Shown: positions 10,541 through 20,745 of the stretch, piece by piece
Position numbering within the stretch: the stretch's first letter is position 1
Layout: the number at the start of each line of letters is the position of its first letter
Assembly: GCA_963784655.1 (NCBI GenBank)
Contig: CAWASO010000001.1
Location: forward strand, 1,056,013-1,120,012
DNA from: Vulcanimicrobiota bacterium
GTDB lineage: Bacteria; Vulcanimicrobiota; Vulcanimicrobiia; Vulcanimicrobiales; Vulcanimicrobiaceae
Length of the DNA stretch: 64,000 bases
Direction of reading: 5' to 3'
Translations under genes and position numbers: made by a program
Notes under the pieces: generated by a model
Told to the model about the DNA's origin: nothing
What the model saw: the letters and a program-made list of their open reading frames with translations, nothing else
The model's database searches: none

Positions 10541-11570
10541 ATGATTCTCGTTCGCCCCCGAGCCTGGTGGTTCAACAAGGTGCCGCTCTCCGTCACCTTG
10601 GTGCTGCTGCTGCTCGACGGCCGGCCGTTCTCGCTCGGCGCGCTCGCGGTGCTCGTGCTGGTCGTGCCTGACGGTCTGCGCCGTCGGCAACTACGGCTAC
10701 GCGCTCAACGAGCTCTTCGACGTCGAGGAAGATGCCCGCTTGGGCCGCGCCAATGCGGCCGCATCCGCGGGCCCGCGGCGCATGTGGGGGATCATCGCCT
10801 TGTCGGCGCTCTGCGCGGAAGCGTTCGCCGCGGCCATCGCCGGCGTGCCCGGCGCGATCCTGACACTGCTCGTGCTCTGCCTGCCGCTGGCGTACTCGGT
10901 GCCGCCGCTGCGCATCAAGGAGCGCAAGTGGCTCGGGGTCTTCGCCGACGGTCTCGCCGCGCACGTCTTCCCGGCGGTGCTCGCGCTGCTCGCGGTCGCG
11001 CACTGGGCGCTTCGCCCGGTCACGACCGCCCTCGCCGTCTGCGTGTCGCTCTGGGCGGCGGCCGCGGGTCTGCGCGGGATCGTCTCGCACCAGCTCCACA
11101 CGGCCGAACAGGACCGCGGCGCCGGCCTGCGGACCATCGTCCACGATCTCGGCAATGCGCGCGTGGAGAAGCTCATCGTCGCCGCCGTTCTCCCGCTCGA
11201 AGTCGGCGGCGTTCGGCGGCGCGCTGTTCCTGTGCGGCACGGGGCCGGTGCTGTGGCTCTTCGTCGCGCTGTACCTAGCCTACGAGGCGTTCAAGACGGC
11301 CAGCGGCCGTTTCCGGGTGACGGCCTTCCGACCCGAAGGCCAGCGCTATCTGCCGTTCGTCGAAGAGAGCTTCTACAAGACGTGGGGCCCGGTCGTGCTC
11401 GCGCTTGACGCCGCGCGCGCCGACTCTTCTACCTGCTGCTCATCCCGCTCTACGCGCTGCTGTTTCGGCCGCTGCTCGACGTCGAGCTGCACCGGCTGCG
11501 CGCAGTGCTGGCCGCGCTGCTGCTCAAGCGAGCCAGGGATTCTTCCGCCCGTTCCAGTGGAGAATCCTGA
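10541..11570 (+). CDS. UbiA prenyltransferase-family membrane protein (frameshifted)
   Basis: GNYGYALNELFDVEEDARLGRAN, AYSVPPLRIKER; multiple transmembrane segments. Confidence 0.7.
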
Positions 11571-12361
11571 CCTCGGGCAGCGCGGCGCGCAGCCGCTCGA
11601 GGAGACCGTCGTCCCAGGCGAGGATCTCGGCCGAGACCGGCGCGTTGTCGACGCAGAGGTTCCACAGCGGGGTGGGGAGCACGCGATCCTCGAGCCCGAG
11701 CGACTGGATCGCCCAGATCAGCGCTCCCTGGTCGTGCCAGGAGATGGCCTCGCGCACCGCCCGGTCGCGCGCCGCGGCCGCCACCGGGCGAACGTAGGCG
11801 TCCAGCGCGGCATCGTCACGGCCCCGCCGCCAGCCCGACACGCCGCCGTTCACGACCGGAACCTGCGGATCGAACTGCCGCCCGATCGGCAAGAGCTCGT
11901 ACAGCGCCGGCTTGTTCGGCGTCGCGTGCGGCGCCTTGTTCTCGGGCGTGAACACCGGCCCGTCCGTCGAGCATCGCGAACAGCTCGTCCAGCCCGCGCA
12001 AGACGACCGCATCGCAGTCGAGCCAGAACACGTCCCGCAGCGGCGCGGCGCGGATCAGCAGCGGGCAGATCCAGAGCGGCCAGATGCGTTTGCCGGGTTT
12101 GGCCAGCGGGGCGGCGTCCCGCGTCGCCTCGACGAGCTCCGCGATCAGCGGGTCGGCGGGCAGGTCGAGCACCTGCAGGTTGTGGCGCCGGTTCGCATCG
12201 TCGCGCTGCGCCGCGCTCAAGCCGATGTCGTAGCAGAGCACGGGACAGGGATCGCTGGTCTGGATCGAGGCGTGCAGCTGGAGCAGGCCGGGATAGTAGT
12301 TGCTGTCGCTGAGCGTGACGACGCCGCGGTCGAGGAGGCGCTCGGCCTCGTCAGGCTTCAC
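11524..12361 (-). CDS. GT-A fold glycosyltransferase (GT8-like), frameshift near 11965
   Basis: DSNYYPG, FWLDCDAVV, VNGGV, HDQGAL, ILHWNGRKNPW. Confidence 0.7.
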
Positions 12362-13210
12362 CTAACAAGCGTCCGACAAAACCTGCGTCCGAGAACCGAG
12401 CGCTGCGATCAGGCGCCGATCGCGCACGAGCTCGCCCGCGGCGAGACCGGCCGCGACCTGATCATCGGTTAGCAGCGCGCTGTCGTATGCCTCGTCCAAT
12501 CGGCCTTCGAGGTGCAGCTGGTACAGGCGTCGCCAGGCCATCCCGTACCCGTAGGGGAGCTCGGTATTGCGCGCGTACGCCGCGCCGCCTTTGACGATCT
12601 TGTTGTGGAACTGCGCGCGCGATCGCACGGGGAAATGGAGGATGGTGATCGGCGCGGCCGCGCTCGGCGGAGCTCGCCGCCGACGAACACGTAGTGATTG
12701 CCTTGCGCGACGACGACGTCCCGGTACGGCCCGGTGCGCCGCCTTGCCGGGTAGCGGCTCTCCCAGCGCGTTCACAGAAACGACGCTCCGGACGTCCATG
12801 CGCTGCCAGAACGGCTGCCCGTTATCGACGCGGGTGACGAAGTTCGAGCGCTCCACCGTCGCGGCGATGGGCTCGGACCCGATCGACGCCAGCGCATCCT
12901 TGAGCGAGCCGGCGCGCGGCCACCAGAACTCGTCCGCGTCGTTGTTGATGACCCAATCGGCGCGGAGCTCGTCGACGGCGCGGCGCGCCATCTGCGTCAC
13001 CCACCGGCCTTGCGAGTAGTCGTCCTGGGGCTGGAACATGTAGTGGAGGTAGCCGGCTCGCTCGTACTCGCGCGCGATGTCCGCGGTGCCGTCGACCGAG
13101 CGATTGTCCATCAGGATGATCTCGTCGACGCCGTGGGCGAGATGGAAATCGAGATTCTCGCGCAGGATGTCTTGTTCGTCCCGCACGAGGAGCGTCATCA
13201 CCAGCTTCAT
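12362..13210 (-). CDS. Glycosyltransferase family 2 (GT2_4-like), compensating indels near 12670-12720
   Basis: MKLVMTLLVRDEQDIL...MDNRSVDGT, WVINNDADEFW, ILHFPVRS. Confidence 0.8.
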   Translation of the reverse strand: MKLVMTLLVRDEQDILRENLDFHLAHGVDEIILMDNRSVDGTADIAREYERAGYLHYMFQPQDDYSQGRWVTQMARRAVDELRADWVINNDADEFWWPRAGSLKDALASIGSEPIAATVERSNFVTRVDNGQPFWQRMDVRSVVSVNALGEPLPGKAAHRAVPGRRRRARQSLRVRRRRAPPSAAAPITILHFPVRSRAQFHNKIVKGGAAYARNTELPYGYGMAWRRLYQLHLEGRLDEAYDSALLTDDQVAAGLAAGELVRDRRLIAALGSRTQVLSDAC

Positions 13211-13291
13211 CCCGGGACCGCACCTACACGTGATGGAGCGTACGACACAGGTACGCCCCATACGAGAAAAGCTCCGCACCTCCTGGGCTGT

Positions 13292-14020
13292 TTAGCGCGT
13301 GCCTCCGGGCGCGGGCGCCGTTCCCAAGTATGCCTGCGCGAGCTCCGGTTCCCCGATCGTACCGCCCGGTCCCGAGAGCGCGACTTCGCCCTGCACCAGC
13401 ACCGTGATCCGATCCGCCAGCGGCAGCGCGTCCCGCACCGCTTGCTCCACGAGCATGATCGCCGGCCCTTCGGCGCGCAGGTCGCGCACGAGTCCGAACA
13501 CTTCTTTTACAATTGCCGGCGCGAGCCCGGCCGACGGTTCGTCGAGCAGCAGCACCCGCGGCTGCGCGACGAGCGCCCGTGCGAACGCCAGCAGCATCCG
13601 CTGCCCGCCCGAGAGCGACCCGGCGCGATCCGCCCGCTTCTCGCCCAGGATAGGGAACCGATTGTACGTGGCCTCGATCTTCAGCCGGACGGCGCGCTGG
13701 TCGGCCAGCGCGAGCCCACCCGCGGTGAGGTTCTCCGCGACGGTGAGCTCGGCGAAGATGCCTCCGTTCTGGGGCACGGCCACGATTCCGGAGCGGATGT
13801 ACCGGTACGGCGCGAGGGCGAGCAGATCGCGCTCGTCTAGCCGTAGCGACCCGCTCCACGGCGCGATGATTCCCGCGCACACCTTGAGCAGCGTGCTCTT
13901 CCCCGAGCCGTTCGGGCCGAAGATGCAGTGGATGGTTCCCGGCTCGAGCGTCAAGCTGACGTCGTTCAGAATCCGCGCCTTCCCGTAGCCGGCCGTGATC
14001 CCCGTCGCGACGAACGCCAT
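13292..14020 (-). CDS. LIV-type ABC transporter ATP-binding protein (LivF-like)
   Basis: GPNGSGKS, LSGGQR, LLLDEPSAGLAP, LVEQ. Confidence 0.9.
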   Translation of the reverse strand: MAFVATGITAGYGKARILNDVSLTLEPGTIHCIFGPNGSGKSTLLKVCAGIIAPWSGSLRLDERDLLALAPYRYIRSGIVAVPQNGGIFAELTVAENLTAGGLALADQRAVRLKIEATYNRFPILGEKRADRAGSLSGGQRMLLAFARALVAQPRVLLLDEPSAGLAPAIVKEVFGLVRDLRAEGPAIMLVEQAVRDALPLADRITVLVQGEVALSGPGGTIGEPELAQAYLGTAPAPGGTR

Positions 14021-14026
14021 GCTGCG

Positions 14027-14767
14027 CTACGCTCCCAGGTACGCGTCGACGACGGTCGCGTTGCGCGTGACCTCGTCGAACGTGCCGGCCGCGATGATCT
14101 CGCCGTGGTGCATCACCACGAGGCGATCGCACAGCGCGCGCACCCACTCCATGTCGTGCTCGATCAGCAGAATCGTCATCCCCTTCGCGCGCAGACCCTG
14201 CAGCAGCTCGACGATCTCGGCGCGCAGCACCGGGTTGACGCCCGCGACGCACTCGTCGAGCAGGATCAGCTTCGGCTCGGTCATCAGCGCCCGCCCGATC
14301 TCGAGCAGCTTCAGCTGGCCGCCCGAGCAGCTGTCGGCGCGCTCGTCGCTGAGCCGGGTCAGCTTCAGCAGTGCGAGGATCTCCCGCGCGCGCGTCTTCA
14401 TCCGCTCGATCGGCTCGGGGCGGTAGACCGCCAGCAGGTTCTCGAGCACGGTCATCCGCGTGAACGGCGAGGGAATCTGGAACGTCCGCGCGAGCCCGAT
14501 CCGCGCGCACCGGTAGGCCGGGATGCCGGTGATGTCGCGGCCGTCGAAGCGGATCGTCCCGCTGTTCGCCGGCAGCATGCGCGAGAGCAGGTTGAACAGC
14601 GTGCTCTTCCCCGAGCCGTTCGGGCCCAGGATGCCGACGATCTCGCCCGGCATCACCTCGAGGCTCACGTGCGAGACCGCGTGCAGCCCGCCGAAGTCCT
14701 TGCACAGATCGCGCGCTTCGAGAATCGGTTCGAGTCCCACGACCGGCCGCGGGTTGGCGGCAATCAC
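14027..14767 (-). CDS. LIV-type ABC transporter ATP-binding protein (LivG-like)
   Basis: FGGLHAV, GPNGSGKSTLFN, RTFQ, LIEHDM, VVDAYLG. Confidence 0.9.
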   Translation of the reverse strand: MIAANPRPVVGLEPILEARDLCKDFGGLHAVSHVSLEVMPGEIVGILGPNGSGKSTLFNLLSRMLPANSGTIRFDGRDITGIPAYRCARIGLARTFQIPSPFTRMTVLENLLAVYRPEPIERMKTRAREILALLKLTRLSDERADSCSGGQLKLLEIGRALMTEPKLILLDECVAGVNPVLRAEIVELLQGLRAKGMTILLIEHDMEWVRALCDRLVVMHHGEIIAAGTFDEVTRNATVVDAYLGA

Positions 14768-15775
14768 GATACGCCACTCTCCTTGGGCGCCGCGGCCGAG
14801 ACATGACCTTCCGCCGCGCCAACCGGCGGATCGTACGCGCTACCCGCCCGCCGCCGTTCGAGCAGCCCCACGATGCCGTTGGGGATGAACAGCGCCACCA
14901 GGCAGACCGCGATCCCCAGGATCACGATGTAGCCGACGTCGCTGCCCCACGACAGCCACACCAGCCGCCCGCCCAAGTGCACGACGAGCGCGCCGATCAC
15001 CGGCCCCCAGAACGTCCCCAGGCCGCCGAACAGGCTCATCACGACGCCGTTGTCGCTCGCGAGCTGGCTGAACACCTCGTTGGGGTTGATGATCGTGATC
15101 CAGTAGCCGTAGATTCCGCCCGCCAGCGCCGGCACGATCCCGCTGAGCACGAACACGAACAGCTTCACCCGGAACACGCTCGATCCCCATCGCGGTCGCG
15201 ACGTCCTCGCGCTCGCGGATCGCCACCAGCCAGTAGCCGATCTTGCTGCGGTGCAGCAGCACGTGCAGCCCGAGCAGCGTCGCCACGAACAGCCCCAGCA
15301 TCAGGTAGTAGAAGATGCGGTTGTCGTCGACGGCTTGGAAGCGCAGCCCCTCGCTCCCGCCCGTCAGCGGTTCGGCGAGCAGCGCGATCTGGCGCATCGC
15401 CTCGGCGAAGGCCCAGGTCGCGATCGCGAAGTACGCGCCGCGGATGCGCAGCGTCGGCAGCCCCAGGAACAGCGCCAGCAGCCCGCCCACGACGCCCGCC
15501 AGCGGCAGCGCCACGCCGAACGGCAGGCCCACCTTGTACATCAGGATCCCGGTCGCGTACGCGCCCGTCCCGAAGAACGCCGCCAGCCCGAAGTTCAGGT
15601 AGCCGGTGTAGCCGCCGATCAGGTTCCAGCTCAGCGCGACGCACGCCCACATCAGCGTCTCGGTCGCCAAGCGCATCCAGAACACCGGCACGAGGGCCGG
15701 CAAGGCCAGCAGCACGACGAACGCTGCCGCCAGCAGCCACCACGGCGCGCGCCATGTCATGCCGGCGGCCGACAC
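14764..15775 (-). CDS. LIV-type ABC permease (LivM-like), frameshift near 15175
   Basis: SWNLIGGYTGYLNFG, LRIRGAYFAIAT, GGLGTFWGPVIGA. Confidence 0.87.
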
Positions 15776-15827
15776 GGGGGGCCGAAGTCTGCGATCTCGG
15801 ACGGCTCCGCAAGCATACCCGCCGCCG

Positions 15828-16703
15828 TCACGCCAGGCCCCGGCGCAGGATGCCGCGCGGCGACACGACGAGCACCAAGTACAGGATCGCGAACGTCGCC
15901 AGCGTGATGTAGTTCGAGCCGAGGTAGACCGTCACGTACGACTGGGTCAGGCCGAGCACCAGCGCGGCGACGATCGCGCCGGGCAGGTAGCCCATCCCGC
16001 CCAGCACGACGACGAAGAACGTGTAGAGCGAGTAGCGCAGCCCGATCTCGGGGTTGAACGTGAACAGCAGGCCGATGAACACCCCGGCCACCCCGGTGAA
16101 CCCGACGTGCAATCCGTACACCAGCGAGTTGATCCGGCTGGAGTTCACCCCCAGCAGCGTCGCCGAGCCGACGTCCTGCGACACCATCCGAATCCGCAAG
16201 CCCAGCGGCGTGCGGTACAGAAACCACAGGAAGCCCAGCGTCAGCGCGAACCCGGCCGCGAACGTCGCCAGCCGCACGCCCGGCACCGCCAGCGGCCCGA
16301 CGAACAGCGTGACCTCGCTCAAGCGCGACGAGAGCGAGTGGTTGTCGCGCCCGAACGCGCCCAGGCTGGCCCCGCGGATGATCTGCGAGATGCCGAAGGT
16401 GAACACCAGCCCCATCAGGTTCGCGTGCGCGCGCTTGCCGCTGGTCACCCGCTCGATCGCCGGCTGGAGCAGAAACCCCGCCAGCCCGAACACGACGAAC
16501 ACGATCGGCGTGACCAGCAGCGCGTCGACGTGCAGCCACCCGGTCAGGAAGAGCGCGGCGAACGCGCCGAGCATGAGGTACTCGCCGACCGCGAAGTCGA
16601 CGATCCGCATCACCCCGAAGGCCAGCGACATCCCCAGCGACATCACGATCAGCACGCCGCCGATCAGCAGCCCGTCGATCGTGCTCTGCAGGAAGAAGCT
16701 CAC
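15828..16703 (-). CDS. LIV-type ABC permease (LivH-like)
   Basis: GMSLAFGVMRIVDFAVGE, RTPLGLRIR, VVLGGMG. Confidence 0.9.
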   Translation of the reverse strand: MSFFLQSTIDGLLIGGVLIVMSLGMSLAFGVMRIVDFAVGEYLMLGAFAALFLTGWLHVDALLVTPIVFVVFGLAGFLLQPAIERVTSGKRAHANLMGLVFTFGISQIIRGASLGAFGRDNHSLSSRLSEVTLFVGPLAVPGVRLATFAAGFALTLGFLWFLYRTPLGLRIRMVSQDVGSATLLGVNSSRINSLVYGLHVGFTGVAGVFIGLLFTFNPEIGLRYSLYTFFVVVLGGMGYLPGAIVAALVLGLTQSYVTVYLGSNYITLATFAILYLVLVVSPRGILRRGLA

Positions 16704-16738
16704 CGTGCCTCGCTCAGGGCGCGCTCGCTCGGACTAGC

Positions 16739-18034
16739 TCAGCGCTTGTCCCACGCCGGCGCCGGGTAGCGCAGCGCCGCCTTCGTCGGCGACTTGGCTC
16801 CGACGATCACCACCTTGCCGCCCTGGATCTGGAACGGCTGCGGCTGCAGCGTGATGTCGTCGTGGTAGTGGTCGCCGGCGGTCTCGAACTTCACCGGCCC
16901 GTAGAACGTCGTGATGTTGATCTTCTCGAGCGCGTCGGCGAGCTTCTGCTTCCCGGCCGCGTCCAGACCGGGCTTGAGGTTCGCCGCCTTGAGCGCCGCC
17001 TCGAACGCGATCCCGGCCGCCGAGCTGCCGGCCTCGGTGTACTCCGCCTCGGGCCGCTTGAACGTCTTCTGATAGTCCGCGAACCACGCTTTGGACGATT
17101 TCCACGCGCCGGCATTCACCGTGTACTCGATCTCGGGCTGCCACACGGTCGCGTCGATCGCGTAGTCCGCGTCCTTGCCCAGCGTCTTGGTGTAGTCCGC
17201 GAAGCCAGGGCCGTTGTGCTGCACGAAGGCCTTCGCCCCGACCCGCAGCTGCTTGACGACCTTCATCATCCCGATCGCCTGTTCGGGCTGCGTCGCCATC
17301 GCGATGATGTCGGCGTTGGCCTGCTTCACCTTGTTGAAGACGGGCGTGAAATCGGCCTCGGCCGGCACGACGTCGTAGCCGACCACCTTCATGCCCAGCG
17401 ACTCGCCCAGCCGCTTGAACTCGTCGGCGCCGGCCTTGGTGAACGGGTCGTCGAGCGCGACGATGTACATGGTCTGCGGTTTGGGCTTCACGTCCGCGAG
17501 CGCGCGCAGCGGCGCCGCGCCGATGATGTCGACGCTGGGGATCGTGCCGAAGACGAACTTGTAGTGGTCCTTCCAGATCTGCGGGTTCTCGGCCGAGCCG
17601 GTGATCATCGGCACCTTGTACTTGTCGACGATCGGGCCGCAGGCGCGCGTCGCGGAGCTCGCGTACGGGCCCAGGATGAAGTCGACGTTGCCCTGCGTGA
17701 GCATCCGCTCGCAGGCCGCCGACGCGCTCGCCGCCGACGACTGGTCGTCGAAGTACACCAGCTCGACCTTGTACTTGCCGCCGCCGGTTTGGATGCCGCC
17801 CTGCGCGTTGACCGCGTTCGCCCACAGGTCGTAGCCGCGTTTGGTCGAGGCGCCGCCTTGCGCGTTGTCGCCCGAGAGCGCGGTCACCACGCCGACCCGG
17901 AAGACTTGCGCCTGCGCGTTCGCCGCGCTGCCGTGCAGCGTCGCGACCAGCGCGCCGGCGGCGGCGAGGGCCAGCGCGCGGCCGGCGACGAGGGCGAGCG
18001 CGCGCGCCGCGCGGCCGATGCTACGATGAACCAC
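16739..18034 (-). CDS. Amino-acid ABC substrate-binding protein (LIV family)
   Basis: Signal peptide; VGVVTALSG, VNAQGGI, ILGPYAS. Confidence 0.88.
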   Translation of the reverse strand: MVHRSIGRAARALALVAGRALALAAAGALVATLHGSAANAQAQVFRVGVVTALSGDNAQGGASTKRGYDLWANAVNAQGGIQTGGGKYKVELVYFDDQSSAASASAACERMLTQGNVDFILGPYASSATRACGPIVDKYKVPMITGSAENPQIWKDHYKFVFGTIPSVDIIGAAPLRALADVKPKPQTMYIVALDDPFTKAGADEFKRLGESLGMKVVGYDVVPAEADFTPVFNKVKQANADIIAMATQPEQAIGMMKVVKQLRVGAKAFVQHNGPGFADYTKTLGKDADYAIDATVWQPEIEYTVNAGAWKSSKAWFADYQKTFKRPEAEYTEAGSSAAGIAFEAALKAANLKPGLDAAGKQKLADALEKINITTFYGPVKFETAGDHYHDDITLQPQPFQIQGGKVVIVGAKSPTKAALRYPAPAWDKR

Positions 18035-18133
18035 GGAAGCCTCCTTGATTCGAACGGTCCCGCAACCGCAACGAGTCTTGACCTGCTGTTCGGGCCGAGC
18101 GCCGAAGTCCTGCCGCTTGGCTGGCCTCTGCGG

Positions 18134-19468
18134 CTACGCGGTCGCGGCCGTTGCCGAGACGAGCGCAGCTTCGAGCACGTCCAGTCCTTCGGCGAGCTGC
18201 TCGTCGCTGATGACGAGCGGCGCGAGGAAGCGGATCACGTTGTCGTACGTGCCGGCTTTGACCAGCATCAGCCCGCGCTCGAACGCGGCGCGGTGGATGC
18301 GCGACGTCAGCGCGCCGTCGGGCGTCTTGGCCGCGTCGCCCGCGACCAGCTCGAAGGCGACCATCGGGCCGATGCCGCGCACGTCGCCGATCGCCGGGAA
18401 GCGGCTCTGCCAGGCGCGGAAGCGCCCGGTCACCGTCGTGCCGATCCGCTGCGCGCGCGCCAGGAAGGCCGGCTCCTCGATCAGCTTCATCGCCTCGACC
18501 GCGGCCGCGCAGGCGACCGGGTTGCCGCCGTAGGTGCCGCCCAGCCCGCTCGGCCCCGGCGCGTCCATGATCTCGGCCCGCCCGACCACGCCCGAGAGCG
18601 GCATGCCCGCCGCGAGCGACTTCGCGACCGCGATCAGATCGGGCTCGACCGCGGCCTGCTCGCAGGCGAACATCGTGCCGGTGCGCCCGAACCCGGTCTG
18701 CACCTCGTCGGCGACCATCACCGCGCCGGTGCGGTCGCACAGCGCGCGGATCGCCTGCAAGAACGCGGCCGGCGCGGGGATGAAGCCGCCCTCGCCGGCA
18801 ACCGGCTCGATCACGATCGCGGCCAAGCGGTCCGCCCCGATCTCGACGCCGACCAGCTCTTCCAGCCGCGCGATCGCGAACTCCGTCGACACGCCGCGGA
18901 ACGGATAGGGCATCAGCGCGCGGTAGATCTCCGGCGCGAACGGTCCGAAGCCGCGCTTGTACGGCGCGTGCTTGGACGTCATCGCCATCGTCAGGTTGGT
19001 GCGCCCGTGGTAGCCGTGGCTGAAGACCACGATCGCGTCGCGCCCGGTGTGCGCGCGGGCGATCTTGACCGCGTTCTCGAGCGCCTCCGCGCCGCTGGTG
19101 AACAGCGCCGCCTTCTTCGGCCCCGCCCCGGGCGCGAGGCGCGCTAACCGCTCGCAGACGTCGACGTACGGCTCGTACGGCGCGACCATGAAGCAGGTGT
19201 GCGCGAAGCGCGCCGCCTGCTCGGCGATCGCGGCGGTGACGGTCGCGGGCGTGTGGCCGGCGTTCTGCACCCCGATCCCGCCGGTGAAGTCGAGGAACAC
19301 GTTGCCGTCGACGTCGGTCACCGTCGCGCCGTGGGCCGAAGCGACGTACACCGGCAGGCCGCTCGCCACGCCCCGCGCGACGGCTGCCGCACGCCGCTCG
19401 CTCAGCGCGCGCGAGTTGGGTCCCGGAACGCTCGTCCGCAGCTCGATGGTCTTGCGCGTCTCGATCAC
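18134..19468 (-). CDS. gabT: 4-aminobutyrate aminotransferase (class III PLP)
   Basis: DFTGGIG, SGAEALENAVKIAR, EPVAGEGG, DEVQTGFGRTG, AKSLAAG, GGTYGGNP. Confidence 0.88.
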   Translation of the reverse strand: MIETRKTIELRTSVPGPNSRALSERRAAAVARGVASGLPVYVASAHGATVTDVDGNVFLDFTGGIGVQNAGHTPATVTAAIAEQAARFAHTCFMVAPYEPYVDVCERLARLAPGAGPKKAALFTSGAEALENAVKIARAHTGRDAIVVFSHGYHGRTNLTMAMTSKHAPYKRGFGPFAPEIYRALMPYPFRGVSTEFAIARLEELVGVEIGADRLAAIVIEPVAGEGGFIPAPAAFLQAIRALCDRTGAVMVADEVQTGFGRTGTMFACEQAAVEPDLIAVAKSLAAGMPLSGVVGRAEIMDAPGPSGLGGTYGGNPVACAAAVEAMKLIEEPAFLARAQRIGTTVTGRFRAWQSRFPAIGDVRGIGPMVAFELVAGDAAKTPDGALTSRIHRAAFERGLMLVKAGTYDNVIRFLAPLVISDEQLAEGLDVLEAALVSATAATA

Positions 19469-19508
19469 GACGATTCACCGTCTCCCGCGTGCTTCACCCT
19501 GGCCCGGA

Positions 19509-20495
19509 TCATAGCACACCGTGATCGGCGAGCAGCGTGGCGAACCGCGCGCGCAGGATCGCCTCCGCTCCCGTGCTCAGCGATGCGACGATCTCCGCTG
19601 CCGGGATGCCGCGCGAGATGAGCCCCGAGCTCTGGCCGGCATAGACGTTGGCCACCTCGTACCGGCCGTCGCGCTTGGCCTGGGCGAACTCGGCCGCGAC
19701 GGCGGGATCCGCGAGCGCGGCATCTTCCTTGCCGTGCCAGCGGCCGGTGAAGTCGTTGCGCAGGGCGCGGCCGCGGAAGCGCTCGGGCCACGGGTAGCCT
19801 TGGAGGCGGTCGTACAGGCTGGTGAGCACGGTATCGGTCTCGCGGGCGGCGGCGATCCGCGCGCGCGCTCCGTCCGGCACGTTGGCCTCGGGCGCCAGCA
19901 GGAACGGCGTGCCGACCCAGGCCCCCTCGGCTCCGGCCGCCAGCACCGCGGCGAGCCCCGCGGGCGTCGCGATGCCGCCCGCGGCGATCACCGGAACCGA
20001 GGAGAGCCCGAGCGCGACCTGGAGCATGAGCAGCGTCGAGACGTCGCCCGTGTGCCCGCCGGCTTCCGTGCCCTGCGCGACGAGCAGGTCCACCCCCGCC
20101 GCCAGCGCGAGCTCGGCGTCGGCCCGGCTCTGCACCTGCGCGGAGAGCCGGATGCCGGCGGCGTGGATCTTCGCGGCGTACGGGGCCGGGTCGATGAACG
20201 AGATCGAGATCAGGAACGGCCGCTCGGCGATCGCGGCGTCGAGCAGGGCGGGATTCGCCTGGAGCGCCCAGCCGATGAAGCCGACGCCGAAGCGGCGCCC
20301 CGGATCGTCTTCGCGCGCCGCGGCGCACTCGCGCGCGACGTCGGCGGCGTTCCAGTCCTCGTCCACGCCGAGCATGCCCAGGCCGCCGGCGTCGCTGACG
20401 GCGCGCGCCAGCCGGCCGGTCGCGGCGGGGGTCATCGACGCGTTGAGGATGGGATGGCGCAAGCCCCACTCGCGCGTGAGAAACGTCGTAATCAC
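19509..20495 (-). CDS. Nitronate monooxygenase family flavoprotein
   Basis: AVSDAGGLG, QGTEAGGH, VIAAGGI, VGTPF, YAGQS. Confidence 0.9.
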   Translation of the reverse strand: MITTFLTREWGLRHPILNASMTPAATGRLARAVSDAGGLGMLGVDEDWNAADVARECAAAREDDPGRRFGVGFIGWALQANPALLDAAIAERPFLISISFIDPAPYAAKIHAAGIRLSAQVQSRADAELALAAGVDLLVAQGTEAGGHTGDVSTLLMLQVALGLSSVPVIAAGGIATPAGLAAVLAAGAEGAWVGTPFLLAPEANVPDGARARIAAARETDTVLTSLYDRLQGYPWPERFRGRALRNDFTGRWHGKEDAALADPAVAAEFAQAKRDGRYEVANVYAGQSSGLISRGIPAAEIVASLSTGAEAILRARFATLLADHGVL

Positions 20496-20559
20496 CTTCG
20501 GGCTGATACGCTCGAAGCCGCCGCGGTCCTAGTTGGCACAATCGTTACACGACGTCACA

Positions 20560-20745
20560 CGGCCTACTTGCGCCGCACGTGGCTCGCGCTCGCGCCCCAG
20601 GCGCAGGTCGTCCACGGCCGGCTCGGTACCATGCTGTCGCTGCTCGATCAGGCGATTCGGCCGCCGCGCGCGCTGGCGGACGGCGAGGTGCTCGAGCTGG
20701 GCGGCAAATCGGTGCGCTACATCGACACGCCGCACGTTCCTGGCT
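20560..20745 (+). pseudogene. Fragment of an MBL-fold/FprA-like (ODP) protein
   Basis: RPPRALADGEVLELGGKSVRYIDTPHVP, truncated at both ends. Confidence 0.55.

Noticed and set aside
16862-19147. Long antisense or alternate-frame ORFs (e.g. 761 aa here, also 5480-7123, 25135-27072, 46408-48318)
   Set aside because: Shadow ORFs of high-GC coding DNA: Arg/Ala/Gly-rich, no motifs, and overlapping well-supported genes.
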